DNA from: Rhodoluna sp.
Lineage (GTDB): Bacteria > Actinomycetota > Actinomycetes > Actinomycetales > Microbacteriaceae
Direction: 5' to 3'
NCBI GenBank assembly: GCA_024641985.1
Contig: JAHEBZ010000004.1
Span: 105,047 to 169,046, forward strand
DNA: 64,000 bases
Numbering within the stretch: position 1 is the stretch's first letter; every line of letters begins with the position of its first letter. The notes beneath the pieces were generated by a model. The model did no database searches and was not told the origin of the DNA. It worked only from the letters and a program-made list of their open reading frames with translations. Positions 53,841-64,000 of this stretch are shown here, piece after piece. The translations under genes were made by a program, and so were the position numbers.

Positions 53841-54983
53841 TTGAAGTTTCAAGTAAACAAAGACGTGCTCAGTGAGGCCGTATCTTTTGCCGTGCGCCTG
53901 TTGCCACAGCGCACCACTTTGCCAATTCTTGGCGGAATCCTGATCGAGGCAGATGCCAACGCATTGCGCCTTTCGGTTTTCGACTACGAGGTTTCTGCAC
54001 AAGCCGAAATCGTTGCAAAGGTAGAAGACTCTGGCCGCGTATTGGTTTCTGGTCGCCTTCTCTCAGAGATCGCAAGCAAGCTTCCTAACGCACCGGTTGA
54101 GTTCTCGACAGACGGTTCAAAAGTTATCGTGAGCTGTGGTTCAACCAAGTTCTCACTGCTAACCATGCCAGTAGAGGAATACCCAACTCTTCCCGAGATC
54201 CCAGCAATTTCGGGCACCATCACCGGCGAGGCTTTCGCACACGCAGTGCAGCAAGTTGCTGTTGCTGCATCAAAAGACGATGTGACACCGGTTCTTACCG
54301 GTGTTCAAATCGAAGCCGGCGAAAAGACCCTCTCGTTTGTTGCAACCGACCGCTATCGAGTGGCATTGCGCGAGGTAGCCTGGGTTTCAAACGCTGGGTC
54401 TGCCGGCCAAGTTGCCCTTGTGCCAGCCAAAACCTTGCAAGAGGTTGCCAAAACCTTTGGCAACCAAGGCGAAATTTCTATTTCGATTGCCAAGAGCGAC
54501 GATCGCGAAATGATTGCCTTCAAAGCAAATAACCGCTCTGTCACCACTTTGCTTCTAAAAGGCAACTTCCCTCCGGTCAAAAGCCTGTTCCCAACCGACA
54601 TCGATAACTACGCGGTAATCACGACCCAAGATTTGATCGAATCGACTCGTCGCGTGGCATTGGTGCTAGAGCGTGAAAGCCCATTGCGCTATAGCTTCAA
54701 CGATGGCGACGTAAAACTTGAGGCAACCGGCAACGAGACCGCCCAGGCATCGGAGAGCATTAGCGCCGAACTTGCCGGCAAAGAAATCACAGTTTCTTTG
54801 AAGCCACAGTTCTTGATCGACGGCCTAAGTGGGTTGCACAGTGAGTTCGTGAAGATCGCCTTCACCAACAACGACAACCCAAACAAGCCCGGCCCAGTTC
54901 TAATTTCTAGCCATGGCTCAAAAGAAAAGACCGCCTCAGACAGCTATCGCTACCTGCTTCAGCCAAACCTTCTAGTTCGCTAA
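53841..54983 (+). CDS. dnaN: DNA polymerase III beta sliding clamp
   Basis: 380 aa with a TTG start behind GGGGAAAG. It reads MKFQVNKDVLSEAVSFAVR...TDRYRVA. Confidence 0.95.
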   Translation: MKFQVNKDVLSEAVSFAVRLLPQRTTLPILGGILIEADANALRLSVFDYEVSAQAEIVAKVEDSGRVLVSGRLLSEIASKLPNAPVEFSTDGSKVIVSCGSTKFSLLTMPVEEYPTLPEIPAISGTITGEAFAHAVQQVAVAASKDDVTPVLTGVQIEAGEKTLSFVATDRYRVALREVAWVSNAGSAGQVALVPAKTLQEVAKTFGNQGEISISIAKSDDREMIAFKANNRSVTTLLLKGNFPPVKSLFPTDIDNYAVITTQDLIESTRRVALVLERESPLRYSFNDGDVKLEATGNETAQASESISAELAGKEITVSLKPQFLIDGLSGLHSEFVKIAFTNNDNPNKPGPVLISSHGSKEKTASDSYRYLLQPNLLVR

Positions 54984-54993
54984 AGCAACACAG

Positions 54994-56220
54994 ATGTTCA
55001 TAAGGCATCTGTCGCTCGCTAATTTCAGAAATTATGCAACGGCCGAAATTGAGCTAAAACCTGGGGTAAACCTGTTGGTTGGGCCAAATGGTCAGGGCAA
55101 AACCAACCTGGTAGAAGCCATTCGCTACATTTCAACGCTGGCCAGCCACCGCGTTGCCGGTTATCAACCGCTGATTCGCAAAGATCAGGGCCAAGCAATT
55201 GTTCGAGCGCTTGCCTCGCACCAAGACCGTGAGGTTTTGGTAGAACTAGAGCTAAATCGCGAAAGCCCTAATAAGGCGCGGGTCAACAAGTCACCTTCGC
55301 CCAAAGTGCGAGACATCCTCGGTTTTGTGAATTCGGTAACCTTTGCCCCCGAAGATTTAGACATCGTGAAGCGCGACCCAAGCAATCGACGCGCCTTTAT
55401 TGATGAGCTGGTGGTGCAAGTTTGGCCGCGATTTGCCGGTGTGTATGCCGATTTCGAGCGGGTGCTCAAGCAACGCAACACCCTGTTGAAAACGGCGCGA
55501 CAAACCGGCGCCAAGGGCAGCGCTCTAAGCACCCTCGATGCCTGGGATCAGTCTTTGGTTTCATACGGTTCCGAAATTGTGGCGGCGCGAATTGACTTGA
55601 TCGAACGCCTTCGGCCGCACCTGTTTTCGGCCTATCAATCGATCGCGATCGCCAATAACGAGCCGCGCATCCTGGTTAAAAGCTCTTTGATGGGTGATGC
55701 CGTGCCAAGCGCCTGGAGTTCGGCCGGCGATGACGACGAAGATGGCCTGGAATATATTGAAACCGGCGATCGGGCTGCGATTGAGGCGATGTATCGAACC
55801 AAGTTGGCCGCCGTTAGGCCAAAAGAGATGGAACGTGGCATAACGCTGGTTGGCCCGCATCGTGACGACTTGGTTTTGATGCTTGGCGATTTGCCGGCCA
55901 AGGGCTATGCCAGCCACGGCGAAAGTTGGTCTTATGCCCTTGCTTTGCGCCTTGCCTCGATTGCTTTGTTGCGCACCGAAACCCGATCTGGCGACCCGGT
56001 GCTAATTCTTGATGATGTGTTTGCCGAGCTAGATGCCGGCCGGCGCGAACGCTTGGCCCAGATGGTGCTCGAAAACGAACAGGTTTTGATTACAGCGGCG
56101 GTGGCCGACGACATACCTGAAAAACTGATTTCGACGGTGTTTTTGGTGACAGCCGGAACTGTGGTGGCGGCCGGGGCAGAAAATTCGGCCGGGGCAGAGA
56201 AAGCGGCGGGCGACGCCTGA
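54994..56220 (+). CDS. recF: DNA replication/repair protein RecF
   Basis: 408 aa. It has Walker A GPNGQGKTNL, the signature region, and a Walker B sequence LILDDVFAELD. Confidence 0.95.
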   Translation: MFIRHLSLANFRNYATAEIELKPGVNLLVGPNGQGKTNLVEAIRYISTLASHRVAGYQPLIRKDQGQAIVRALASHQDREVLVELELNRESPNKARVNKSPSPKVRDILGFVNSVTFAPEDLDIVKRDPSNRRAFIDELVVQVWPRFAGVYADFERVLKQRNTLLKTARQTGAKGSALSTLDAWDQSLVSYGSEIVAARIDLIERLRPHLFSAYQSIAIANNEPRILVKSSLMGDAVPSAWSSAGDDDEDGLEYIETGDRAAIEAMYRTKLAAVRPKEMERGITLVGPHRDDLVLMLGDLPAKGYASHGESWSYALALRLASIALLRTETRSGDPVLILDDVFAELDAGRRERLAQMVLENEQVLITAAVADDIPEKLISTVFLVTAGTVVAAGAENSAGAEKAAGDA

Positions 56221-56720
56221 TGACCGAAAAGAAATCAGACTTCGCTCAAGAGTTTTATTGGCGCATGCGAGAGGCCGTGACAGGGCGACTCTCGAGAGAT
56301 GCCAAACGCATTGCCGAGAAAGCGGCGGCTGCCGAGGCGGCTAGTTCGCAGCCATTTGGCGCCGGCCGAGACCCAATCAAGGCGGGCGATGGCGTTGATG
56401 GTTTGATGAGTTCGTTTAGGTGGGAGGCTCACCTTGCCGAGGCTGAGCTATTCAACGCGTGGGCACAGGTGGTTGGCGATGCCAATGCGGCCAGCTCGCA
56501 ACCCGAAGCCTTGATCAATGGCACCCTCACGGTGCGCTGCAAATCGACAGCTTGGGCGACCCAATTGAGGTTGATGCAAAGCCAAATTTTGACCCAGATT
56601 CATGAGTTATACCCAGGCCTCGACATAACCGCTTTAAAGATGCTCGGCCCAGATGCTCCCAGCTGGAAAAAGGGCCCCCGATCGGTGCCCGGAAGAGGCC
56701 CGCGCGACACCTACGGATAG
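56220..56720 (+). CDS. DUF721 protein (DciA-type helicase-loader candidate, Rv0004 position)
   Basis: 166 aa. It reads W..VVG...A..S.PEALINGTLTVRCKSTAWATQLRLMQSQIL. Its ATG overlaps the recF stop. Confidence 0.8.
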   Translation: MTEKKSDFAQEFYWRMREAVTGRLSRDAKRIAEKAAAAEAASSQPFGAGRDPIKAGDGVDGLMSSFRWEAHLAEAELFNAWAQVVGDANAASSQPEALINGTLTVRCKSTAWATQLRLMQSQILTQIHELYPGLDITALKMLGPDAPSWKKGPRSVPGRGPRDTYG

Positions 56721-56858
56721 ACCCGATATCCCAATAAATGTCTGCCATTCAAGGTAAAATTCTTCTAGGTTAGCCACCCCGAATTTAAGTCAGTGCGATC
56801 ACTGCTGTTCACAGGGCCTAACGGTGAATACTTGGGGCTTTTGCCCCAGGGGGATTAG

Positions 56859-58835
<1,977 letters not shown>

Positions 58836-58868
58836 GCCGCCGACAGAGAGATTTAGAGAAGAGACATC

Positions 58869-61439
58869 ATGGCTGACGAAACCACAAACGTGCCAGCACT
58901 CAGAGACAACATCGAACAGGTAGACCTTCAGGTCGAAATGCAGCGCAGCTACCTCGACTACGCAATGAGCGTTATCGTTGGCCGAGCTCTGCCAGATGTG
59001 CGCGATGGCCTAAAGCCAGTGCACCGCCGCGTTATCTATGCAATGTTCGATGGCGGCTACCGCCCCGACAAGCAGTTCTCGAAGTGCTCGCGAGTTGTTG
59101 GCGATGTGATGGGTCAATATCACCCACACGGCGACAGCGCAATTTATGACACCATGGTGCGCCTCACCCAAGATTGGAACCTGCGCTACCCGTTGATCTC
59201 GGGCCAAGGAAACTTTGGTTCACCCGGAAACGACCCGGCGGCAGCTCCACGTTATACAGAGTGCCGCATGGCGCCTTTGGCCATGGAGATGGTTCGCGAC
59301 ATTGACGAAGACACCGTAGATTTTCAAGATAACTACGATGGCCGCACCCAAGAACCAACCGTTCTACCTAGCCGCATTCCAAACCTTTTGGTCAACGGTT
59401 CTATCGGCATCGCGGTGGGCATGGCCACCAACATTCCTCCGCACAACCTGCGTGAGGTTGCCGATGGCGCCCAGTGGTACCTAAAGAACCCAGAGGCAAC
59501 TCAAGAAGAACTTCTTGAGGCGCTAATCGAGCGCATCAAGGGCCCCGATTTCCCAACCGGCGCACACATTCTTGGCCGCAAGGGCATCGAAGAGGCATAT
59601 CGCACTGGCCGTGGCTCGATCACCATGCGCGCGATCGTTAACGTAGAAGAACTTCAGGGCCGCACCTGCCTGGTTGTCACCGAGTTGCCATACCAAGTAA
59701 ACCCAGACAACCTAGCCGAAAAAATTGCCGGCTTGGTAAAAGAGGGTCGCCTAAGCGGCATTGCCGATATTCGTGACGAAACCTCGGGCCGCACCGGCCA
59801 GCGCTTGGTTGTAGTTCTAAAGCGCGATGCCGTTGCGCGCGTTGTGTTGAACAACCTTTATAAGCTGACCCCGCTTCAAGAGAACTTCAGCGCCAACATG
59901 CTGGCACTTGTCGATGGCGTGCCTCGCACCCTGCCGGTCGATGGCTTTATCAGCAACTGGGTTACTCACCAGGTTGAGGTAATCGTTCGCCGCACCCAGT
60001 TCCGCCTTAAAAAGGCCGAAGAGCGTGCCCACATTTTGCGCGGCTACCTCAAGGCCCTCGATGCCCTCGACGCAGTTATCGCACTGATTCGCAAGAGCGC
60101 CAACGCCGAGGCAGCCCGCGAGGGTTTGATGCAGCTACTAAGCATCGATGACCTTCAGGCTCGAGCAATTCTGAACATGCAGCTTCGCCAGCTTGCCGCC
60201 CTAGAGCGCCAGCGCATCATCGACGAAGCAGCCGAGCTTGAGGCTCAGATTGTCGACTTCAAGGCAATCATCGCCGACCCTGTTCGCCAGCGCACCATCA
60301 TCAGCGAAGAGCTCGACGAGGTTGTTGCCAAGCACGGCGATGACCGCCGCAGCACAATCATCGCTGGTTTCGATGGCGATGTTTCTGTCGAAGACCTAAT
60401 TCCCGAAGAAGAAATGGTCATCTCGCTCACCCGCGGTGGCTACATCAAGCGCACCAAGAGCGATAACTACCGCCAGCAACACCGCGGTGGCAAGGGCGTT
60501 AAGGGTGCCAACCTTCGAGCCGACGATGTTGTTGAGCACTTCTTTGTGACCACAACTCACCACTGGTTGTTGTTCTTCACAAACAAGGGCCGCGTTTATC
60601 GCACCAAGGCCTACGAAGTTCAAGAGGCCGGCCGCGATGCCAAGGGCCAGCACGTTGCCAACCTGTTGGCTTTGCAACCCGATGAGCAAATCGCCCAGGT
60701 TCTCGACCTACGCGATTACGCGGTTGCCCCATATTTGGTGCTTGCAACTCGCAAGGGTTTGGTCAAAAAGACTTCACTCGATGCATACGACACCGCCCGC
60801 ACCGGCGGCATCATTGCAATCAAACTTCGCGAAGACGACGAATTGGTTTCGGCCATGTTGGCATCCGAAGAAGACGATCTGCTTCTTGTTTCACGCAAGG
60901 GCATGTCGATTCGATTCTCGGCCAGCGATGAAAGCCTGCGCCCAATGGGCCGTGACACATCGGGCAACATTGGCATGAACTTTAGATCGGGCGACGAACT
61001 GCTGTCGGCCTCGGTCATTAATGATGCCGTTGAAGCATTTGTGTTTGTGGTTACCGAGGGTGGCTATGCAAAACGAACCGAAGTTTCACAATATCGCCCG
61101 CAAAACCGCGGTGGTTTAGGAATCAAGGTAGCCAAGCTCGAAGAGAAGCGTGGCGATCTGGTTGGGGCAATCATCGTTGCCGACGAAGACGAAGTTCTTG
61201 TAGTTCTAGCCTCTGGCAAGGTGGTTCGCTCGGCAGTCAACGAGGTGCCGGCCAAGGGCCGCGACACCATGGGAGTTGTGTTTGCTCGTTTCGACGAGAA
61301 TGACACAATTCTTGGCCTGGCAAAAAACACCGAGCGCAACCTAGAAACCAACGAAACTGCCAGCGAATCTGAAGATTCTGAAGGTGCCAATGGCGATAAC
61401 CTAGCAACAGAGGTTATCGAAGAAGGGGCAGCCGAATAA
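58869..61439 (+). CDS. gyrA: DNA gyrase subunit A
   Basis: 856 aa. It has the [14 protein letters not shown] region, the catalytic Tyr context AAPRYTE, a GyrA-box beta-pinwheel CTD, and an acidic tail. Confidence 0.95.
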   Translation: MADETTNVPALRDNIEQVDLQVEMQRSYLDYAMSVIVGRALPDVRDGLKPVHRRVIYAMFDGGYRPDKQFSKCSRVVGDVMGQYHPHGDSAIYDTMVRLTQDWNLRYPLISGQGNFGSPGNDPAAAPRYTECRMAPLAMEMVRDIDEDTVDFQDNYDGRTQEPTVLPSRIPNLLVNGSIGIAVGMATNIPPHNLREVADGAQWYLKNPEATQEELLEALIERIKGPDFPTGAHILGRKGIEEAYRTGRGSITMRAIVNVEELQGRTCLVVTELPYQVNPDNLAEKIAGLVKEGRLSGIADIRDETSGRTGQRLVVVLKRDAVARVVLNNLYKLTPLQENFSANMLALVDGVPRTLPVDGFISNWVTHQVEVIVRRTQFRLKKAEERAHILRGYLKALDALDAVIALIRKSANAEAAREGLMQLLSIDDLQARAILNMQLRQLAALERQRIIDEAAELEAQIVDFKAIIADPVRQRTIISEELDEVVAKHGDDRRSTIIAGFDGDVSVEDLIPEEEMVISLTRGGYIKRTKSDNYRQQHRGGKGVKGANLRADDVVEHFFVTTTHHWLLFFTNKGRVYRTKAYEVQEAGRDAKGQHVANLLALQPDEQIAQVLDLRDYAVAPYLVLATRKGLVKKTSLDAYDTARTGGIIAIKLREDDELVSAMLASEEDDLLLVSRKGMSIRFSASDESLRPMGRDTSGNIGMNFRSGDELLSASVINDAVEAFVFVVTEGGYAKRTEVSQYRPQNRGGLGIKVAKLEEKRGDLVGAIIVADEDEVLVVLASGKVVRSAVNEVPAKGRDTMGVVFARFDENDTILGLAKNTERNLETNETASESEDSEGANGDNLATEVIEEGAAE

Positions 61440-61873
61440 TGAAGGAACGCATTAAGGCAGCGGGCAAGGCAGCACAACGAGCAGCATCTCGCGCAGCCGG
61501 CCCAGCGCCAAAGCAGGTCAAGCTAAAGCTGGTTCAAATCGACTTTTGGTCGGCAACTCGCGTTGGTTTTTTGATCAGCTTGGCACTTGGCATTGCCACC
61601 ATCGTGGGCTTCAGCCTGCTTTGGTTGGTGCTTAGCCAAACCGGCCTTTTCGGCAGCCTTAGCGATCTGGTGAACTCGGTTATCGGTGGCGGTGGCTCCG
61701 ATGGCGTAAACGTGGCATCAGAGCTAAACCTGGCTCGAGTGCTTTCGTTCGCAACCACCATCGCGTTCTTCAACATTGTTTTAGGAACCGCTCTAACGGG
61801 CGTATCCGCGCTGATTTTCAACCTAATTGGCCGCATTACCGGCGGAATTTCGGTTGGTTTTACCAACAATTAG
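61439..61873 (+). CDS. DUF3566 transmembrane protein (Rv0007 position)
   Basis: 144 aa. It reads LKLVQIDFWSATRVGFLISLALG and has two TM regions. The start overlaps the gyrA stop (TAATG). Confidence 0.75.
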   Translation: MKERIKAAGKAAQRAASRAAGPAPKQVKLKLVQIDFWSATRVGFLISLALGIATIVGFSLLWLVLSQTGLFGSLSDLVNSVIGGGGSDGVNVASELNLARVLSFATTIAFFNIVLGTALTGVSALIFNLIGRITGGISVGFTNN

Positions 61874-61894
61874 CACCAGAATTTTGAAATGATT

Positions 61895-61923
61895 TTGCAC
61901 GCACCGCCAAAGTCGTGTAAAGT
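61895..61923 (+). promoter_or_regulatory. Sigma-70-type promoter for the tRNA-Ile/tRNA-Ala pair
   Basis: It reads TTGCAC - 17 nt - TAAAGT and ends 14 nt before the tRNA 5' end. Confidence 0.5.
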
Positions 61924-61937
61924 CATAAAGGTTCTAC

Positions 61938-62014
61938 GGGCCTATAGCTCAGGTGGTTAGAGCGCTTCACTGATAATGAAGAGGTCGGAGGTTCAAGTCC
62001 TCCTAGGCCCACCA
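61938..62014 (+). tRNA. tRNA-Ile (anticodon GAT), CCA encoded
   Basis: The cloverleaf folds by hand. The acceptor is GGGCCTA/TAGGCCC, the anticodon loop is CTGATAA, the T-loop is GGTTCAAGTCC, and the 3' end is ACCA. Confidence 0.95.
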
Positions 62015-62080
62015 GGAAGCTTCTTCACCATGAGAAGGTTCTGAACCAAGAAACAAAGGCACCACCCAGATTCAAAATCC

Positions 62081-62153
62081 GGGGACTTAGCTCAGTTGGT
62101 AGAGCACCTGCTTTGCAAGCAGGGGGTCAGGGGTTCGACCCCCCTAGTCTCCA
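62081..62153 (+). tRNA. tRNA-Ala (anticodon TGC), CCA not encoded
   Basis: The acceptor GGGGACT/AGTCTCC carries the G3:U70 identity pair. The anticodon loop is TTTGCAA and the T-loop is GGTTCGACCCC. Confidence 0.95.
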
Positions 62154-62160
62154 CAAACAA

Positions 62161-62189
62161 AATGCCTCCCTTCGGGGAGGCATTTTTTG
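62161..62189 (+). terminator. Intrinsic terminator after tRNA-Ala
   Basis: AATGCCTCCC-TTCG-GGGAGGCATT is followed by TTTTT. Confidence 0.8.
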
Positions 62190-62237
62190 TTGCGTCGCCT
62201 AGCGGCCTTCGCGCAGTGCGCTTTGAAATCCAAGTGG

Positions 62238-62570
62238 TTAATCTTTGAATCTTCTGATTTCTTGGGGCCAACCACAAGCCTGTGCGATTTTGGATCCCCA
62301 GAGATTTGCCTCAGAGTCGGTTGAGACATCAATGATTGTCATACCGCCAAGAAACTCACCAACTGTGGTGATTGGCCCAGTTATCTTGCCGGATTCGTCT
62401 GAACCAACGGCCAGCTCAATTTCTTCAACCAAGCCCCCGGCAAAAACCAGCACACCTGCCTCTTGCATTTCAGCGACTACCTGGTTTGCAAGCGGGCCCC
62501 TTGATTGGAACCACTCGTCACTGTGTTCGCCCACCCACTGCTGATTGAAATAAATAAGGTACTTAGACAT
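62238..62570 (-). CDS. YciI-like (YCII/DGPF-type) small protein
   Basis: 110 aa with an alpha+beta pattern. MSKYLIYFNQQW...GVLVFAGGL resembles YCII-related proteins. The assignment is tentative. Confidence 0.55.
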   Translation of the reverse strand: MSKYLIYFNQQWVGEHSDEWFQSRGPLANQVVAEMQEAGVLVFAGGLVEEIELAVGSDESGKITGPITTVGEFLGGMTIIDVSTDSEANLWGSKIAQACGWPQEIRRFKD

Positions 62571-62595
62571 CGATAGGCCTCTTTCTCTTTTGCCA

Positions 62596-62949
62596 CTAAT
62601 CTAGTTGCTCGGCCGAGGCCACCCAGCAGTAGATGATGATTTTTGATTTTGAATCAAAGCGAAAGAATAGGCGATATTGCTGCAGAAACTTAGCCCTAAA
62701 CCAATGGCGGTTCTCAGAACCCAGTGTGTTGCCTAGTTTGAATTGAATGCCGTTCGGGTCTGCCGGAATAACAACCGTGATTAGTTTGCGAATAGCAAGC
62801 AGGCGCTTAGTTTGCGCTTTAGTTTGAAAAGTGTCGGGGTGCCGATCTTTGAGGAGGCGAACACTATTTTCGAGACTCGAAAGTTGATCTTGAAACAACG
62901 GATCGATAAGCAACAGCCAGCCATTTATGCGAGCGTGGTCACTCGTCAT
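62596..62949 (-). CDS. yhaV: Type II toxin, YhaV family (ribonuclease)
   Basis: The internal start is MTSDHARINGWLLL. The C-terminus WFRAKFLQQYRLFFRFDSKSKIIIYCWV matches the YhaV signature. It overlaps the antitoxin stop by 11 nt. Confidence 0.75.
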   Translation of the reverse strand: MTSDHARINGWLLLIDPLFQDQLSSLENSVRLLKDRHPDTFQTKAQTKRLLAIRKLITVVIPADPNGIQFKLGNTLGSENRHWFRAKFLQQYRLFFRFDSKSKIIIYCWVASAEQLD

Positions 62950-63259
62950 CTGAGGTAAGAGCCTCGTCAAGGTCAACATCGTGGTCGCCAAGCAACTCAT
63001 CAAGTTGCTGCAGATGTGACTTAGTAATCGGCTGCAATCGGCCAGGATTCTCAATGATTTGAGCCTCGAGGAATTGCAAGAAGCTGCCGATGGCTGGGTC
63101 GGAGCGAGGTTCTTCGCGAGTGAGAAGGACATCACCAGACTCGAGAATTTTGTAAGCGATGCGGTCACGTTTTTGCAGATTGAGCGCTTGCCGCACTGAC
63201 TCTGGAACCGTGGTTTGGTAGCGATCAGTCAGGGTTGACTTAGCTTGATTTGCATTCAT
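62939..63259 (-). CDS. prlF: Type II antitoxin, PrlF/SohA family (AbrB/SpoVT-type)
   Basis: It reads MNANQAKSTLTDRYQTTVPESVRQALNLQKRDRIAYKIL... with an acidic C-terminus LTSDDE, about 106 aa like E. coli PrlF. The longer track ORF was rejected. Confidence 0.75.
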   Translation of the reverse strand: MNANQAKSTLTDRYQTTVPESVRQALNLQKRDRIAYKILESGDVLLTREEPRSDPAIGSFLQFLEAQIIENPGRLQPITKSHLQQLDELLGDHDVDLDEALTSDDE

Positions 63260-63358
63260 ACCCAAAAGGTAATGCATTGCATTACGCAAGTCAACGATAA
63301 ACGAAAGTGCCCACCAACACTCGGCGGGCTTTGAAGCCCCTTTAGCTAAACTTGAGGC

Positions 63359-64000
63359 ATGACTATGACTTTTGCTGGAAAGCACGCTTTCATCTCGGGT
63401 TCATCGCGAGGCATTGGGGCGCAGGTTGCCACCATGTTGGCCGCGCAGGGCGCAACCGTGGCTATCAACTACCGCGACAAGGCGGCTCGCGCACAAAAGG
63501 TTGCCGACGCAATCACTGCAGATGGCGGCAAAGCCATTGTTGTTGGTGCCGACCTAACCGATTACCCAAGCATCGACGCGTTGGCCGAAACCCTCAAGTC
63601 TGAATTTGGTGGTCTCGACCTGCTGGTGCTGAATGCATCGGGCGGCATGGAGACCGGCAAGGGCGAAGACTATGCCATGGTTCTAAACCGCGATGCCCAG
63701 CTAAACCTTGTGAAGACCGCGTTGCCATTGCTAAGCGCTGGTTCACGAATTGTTTTTGTAACCAGCCACCAGGCTCACTTCATTCGCGAAACCCCAACCA
63801 TGCCCGAATATGTGCCAGTGGCGCTTTCGAAGCGCGCCGGCGAAGACGCACTTCGCGAACTGATTCCAGAGCTAACCGCAAAGGGAATCGAATTTGTTGT
63901 AGTTTCGGGCGACATGATCGAGGGAACCATCACGGCCACTTTGCTAGACCGCCTAAACCCTGGCGCGATTGACGCCCGAAAAGAAGCCGCCGGCAGACTT
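63359..64000 (+). CDS. Short-chain dehydrogenase/reductase (SDR), 3' end outside the window
   Basis: It starts ATG ACT ATG... and gives MTMTFAGKHAFISGSSRGIGAQVA (TGxxxGxG), then NASGG. It is not in the track because no stop lies in the window. Confidence 0.8.
   Translation, partial: MTMTFAGKHAFISGSSRGIGAQVATMLAAQGATVAINYRDKAARAQKVADAITADGGKAIVVGADLTDYPSIDALAETLKSEFGGLDLLVLNASGGMETGKGEDYAMVLNRDAQLNLVKTALPLLSAGSRIVFVTSHQAHFIRETPTMPEYVPVALSKRAGEDALRELIPELTAKGIEFVVVSGDMIEGTITATLLDRLNPGAIDARKEAAGRL

Noticed and set aside
56831-56850. 8-bp stem with a TTTT loop (CTTGGGGC-TTTT-GCCCCAGG) just upstream of the gyrB Shine-Dalgarno.
   Set aside because: It is short, does not include the SD or the start codon, and has no terminator-type U-tract. 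I cannot distinguish it from a chance GC hairpin without comparative data.
62596-63168. 190-aa version of the toxin ORF, and the 148-aa version of the antitoxin ORF (62939-63385).
   Set aside because: The extensions overlap the partner gene or run into the divergent promoter. Internal starts reproduce the normal YhaV and PrlF sizes and the typical short toxin-antitoxin overlap.

Overview
This window is the replication-origin region of a compact, moderately high-GC Actinomycetota chromosome. Gene order resembles Micrococcales and the Mycobacterium ori region. The conserved core is rpmH-rnpA-yidD-yidC-jag-rsmG-parA-parB on the minus strand, then dnaA-oriC-dnaN-recF-DUF721(DciA-like)-gyrB-gyrA-DUF3566-tRNA-Ile-tRNA-Ala. 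Upstream of that lie cca/NUDIX/murJ/trxB/trxA, rpsF-ssb-rpsR-rplI-dnaB and a complete Gram-positive-type Tad/Flp pilus locus. The left half holds dnaK (partial), a GH43 hydrolase, a CstR-like sulfur-stress locus and MFS/LysE exporters. It also holds a BlaI/M56 pair, a copper-trafficking gene string (DyP, PCuAC, CopC, CopD/CtaG) interrupted by dcd, an MMPL transporter and a Pif1 helicase, plus HU. Further right are non-zinc ribosomal paralogues next to a Zur-like regulator, a 2-oxoacid dehydrogenase E1/E2 operon and purB. I found four parS sites, three DnaA-box clusters, a 27-bp coding tandem repeat and a YhaV/PrlF toxin-antitoxin islet next to tRNA-Ala. I saw no rRNA, CRISPR array, IS element or prophage. 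The best candidates for something undescribed are below.
- A CstR-type locus whose rightward operon encodes exported (lipoprotein) rhodanese and DUF2202 proteins plus two unannotated paralogous Cys-rich microproteins.
- A His-rich mini membrane protein translationally coupled to zur behind a Fur-family-type box.
- A dense DnaA-box array in front of dnaB.
- A frame discontinuity with a WxG-like N-terminus in an alpha/beta hydrolase.
All functional calls come from reading the translations. No database search was run. The ORF track counts GTG/TTG as starts, and several starts were re-placed using Shine-Dalgarno (SD) sequences or signal peptides.
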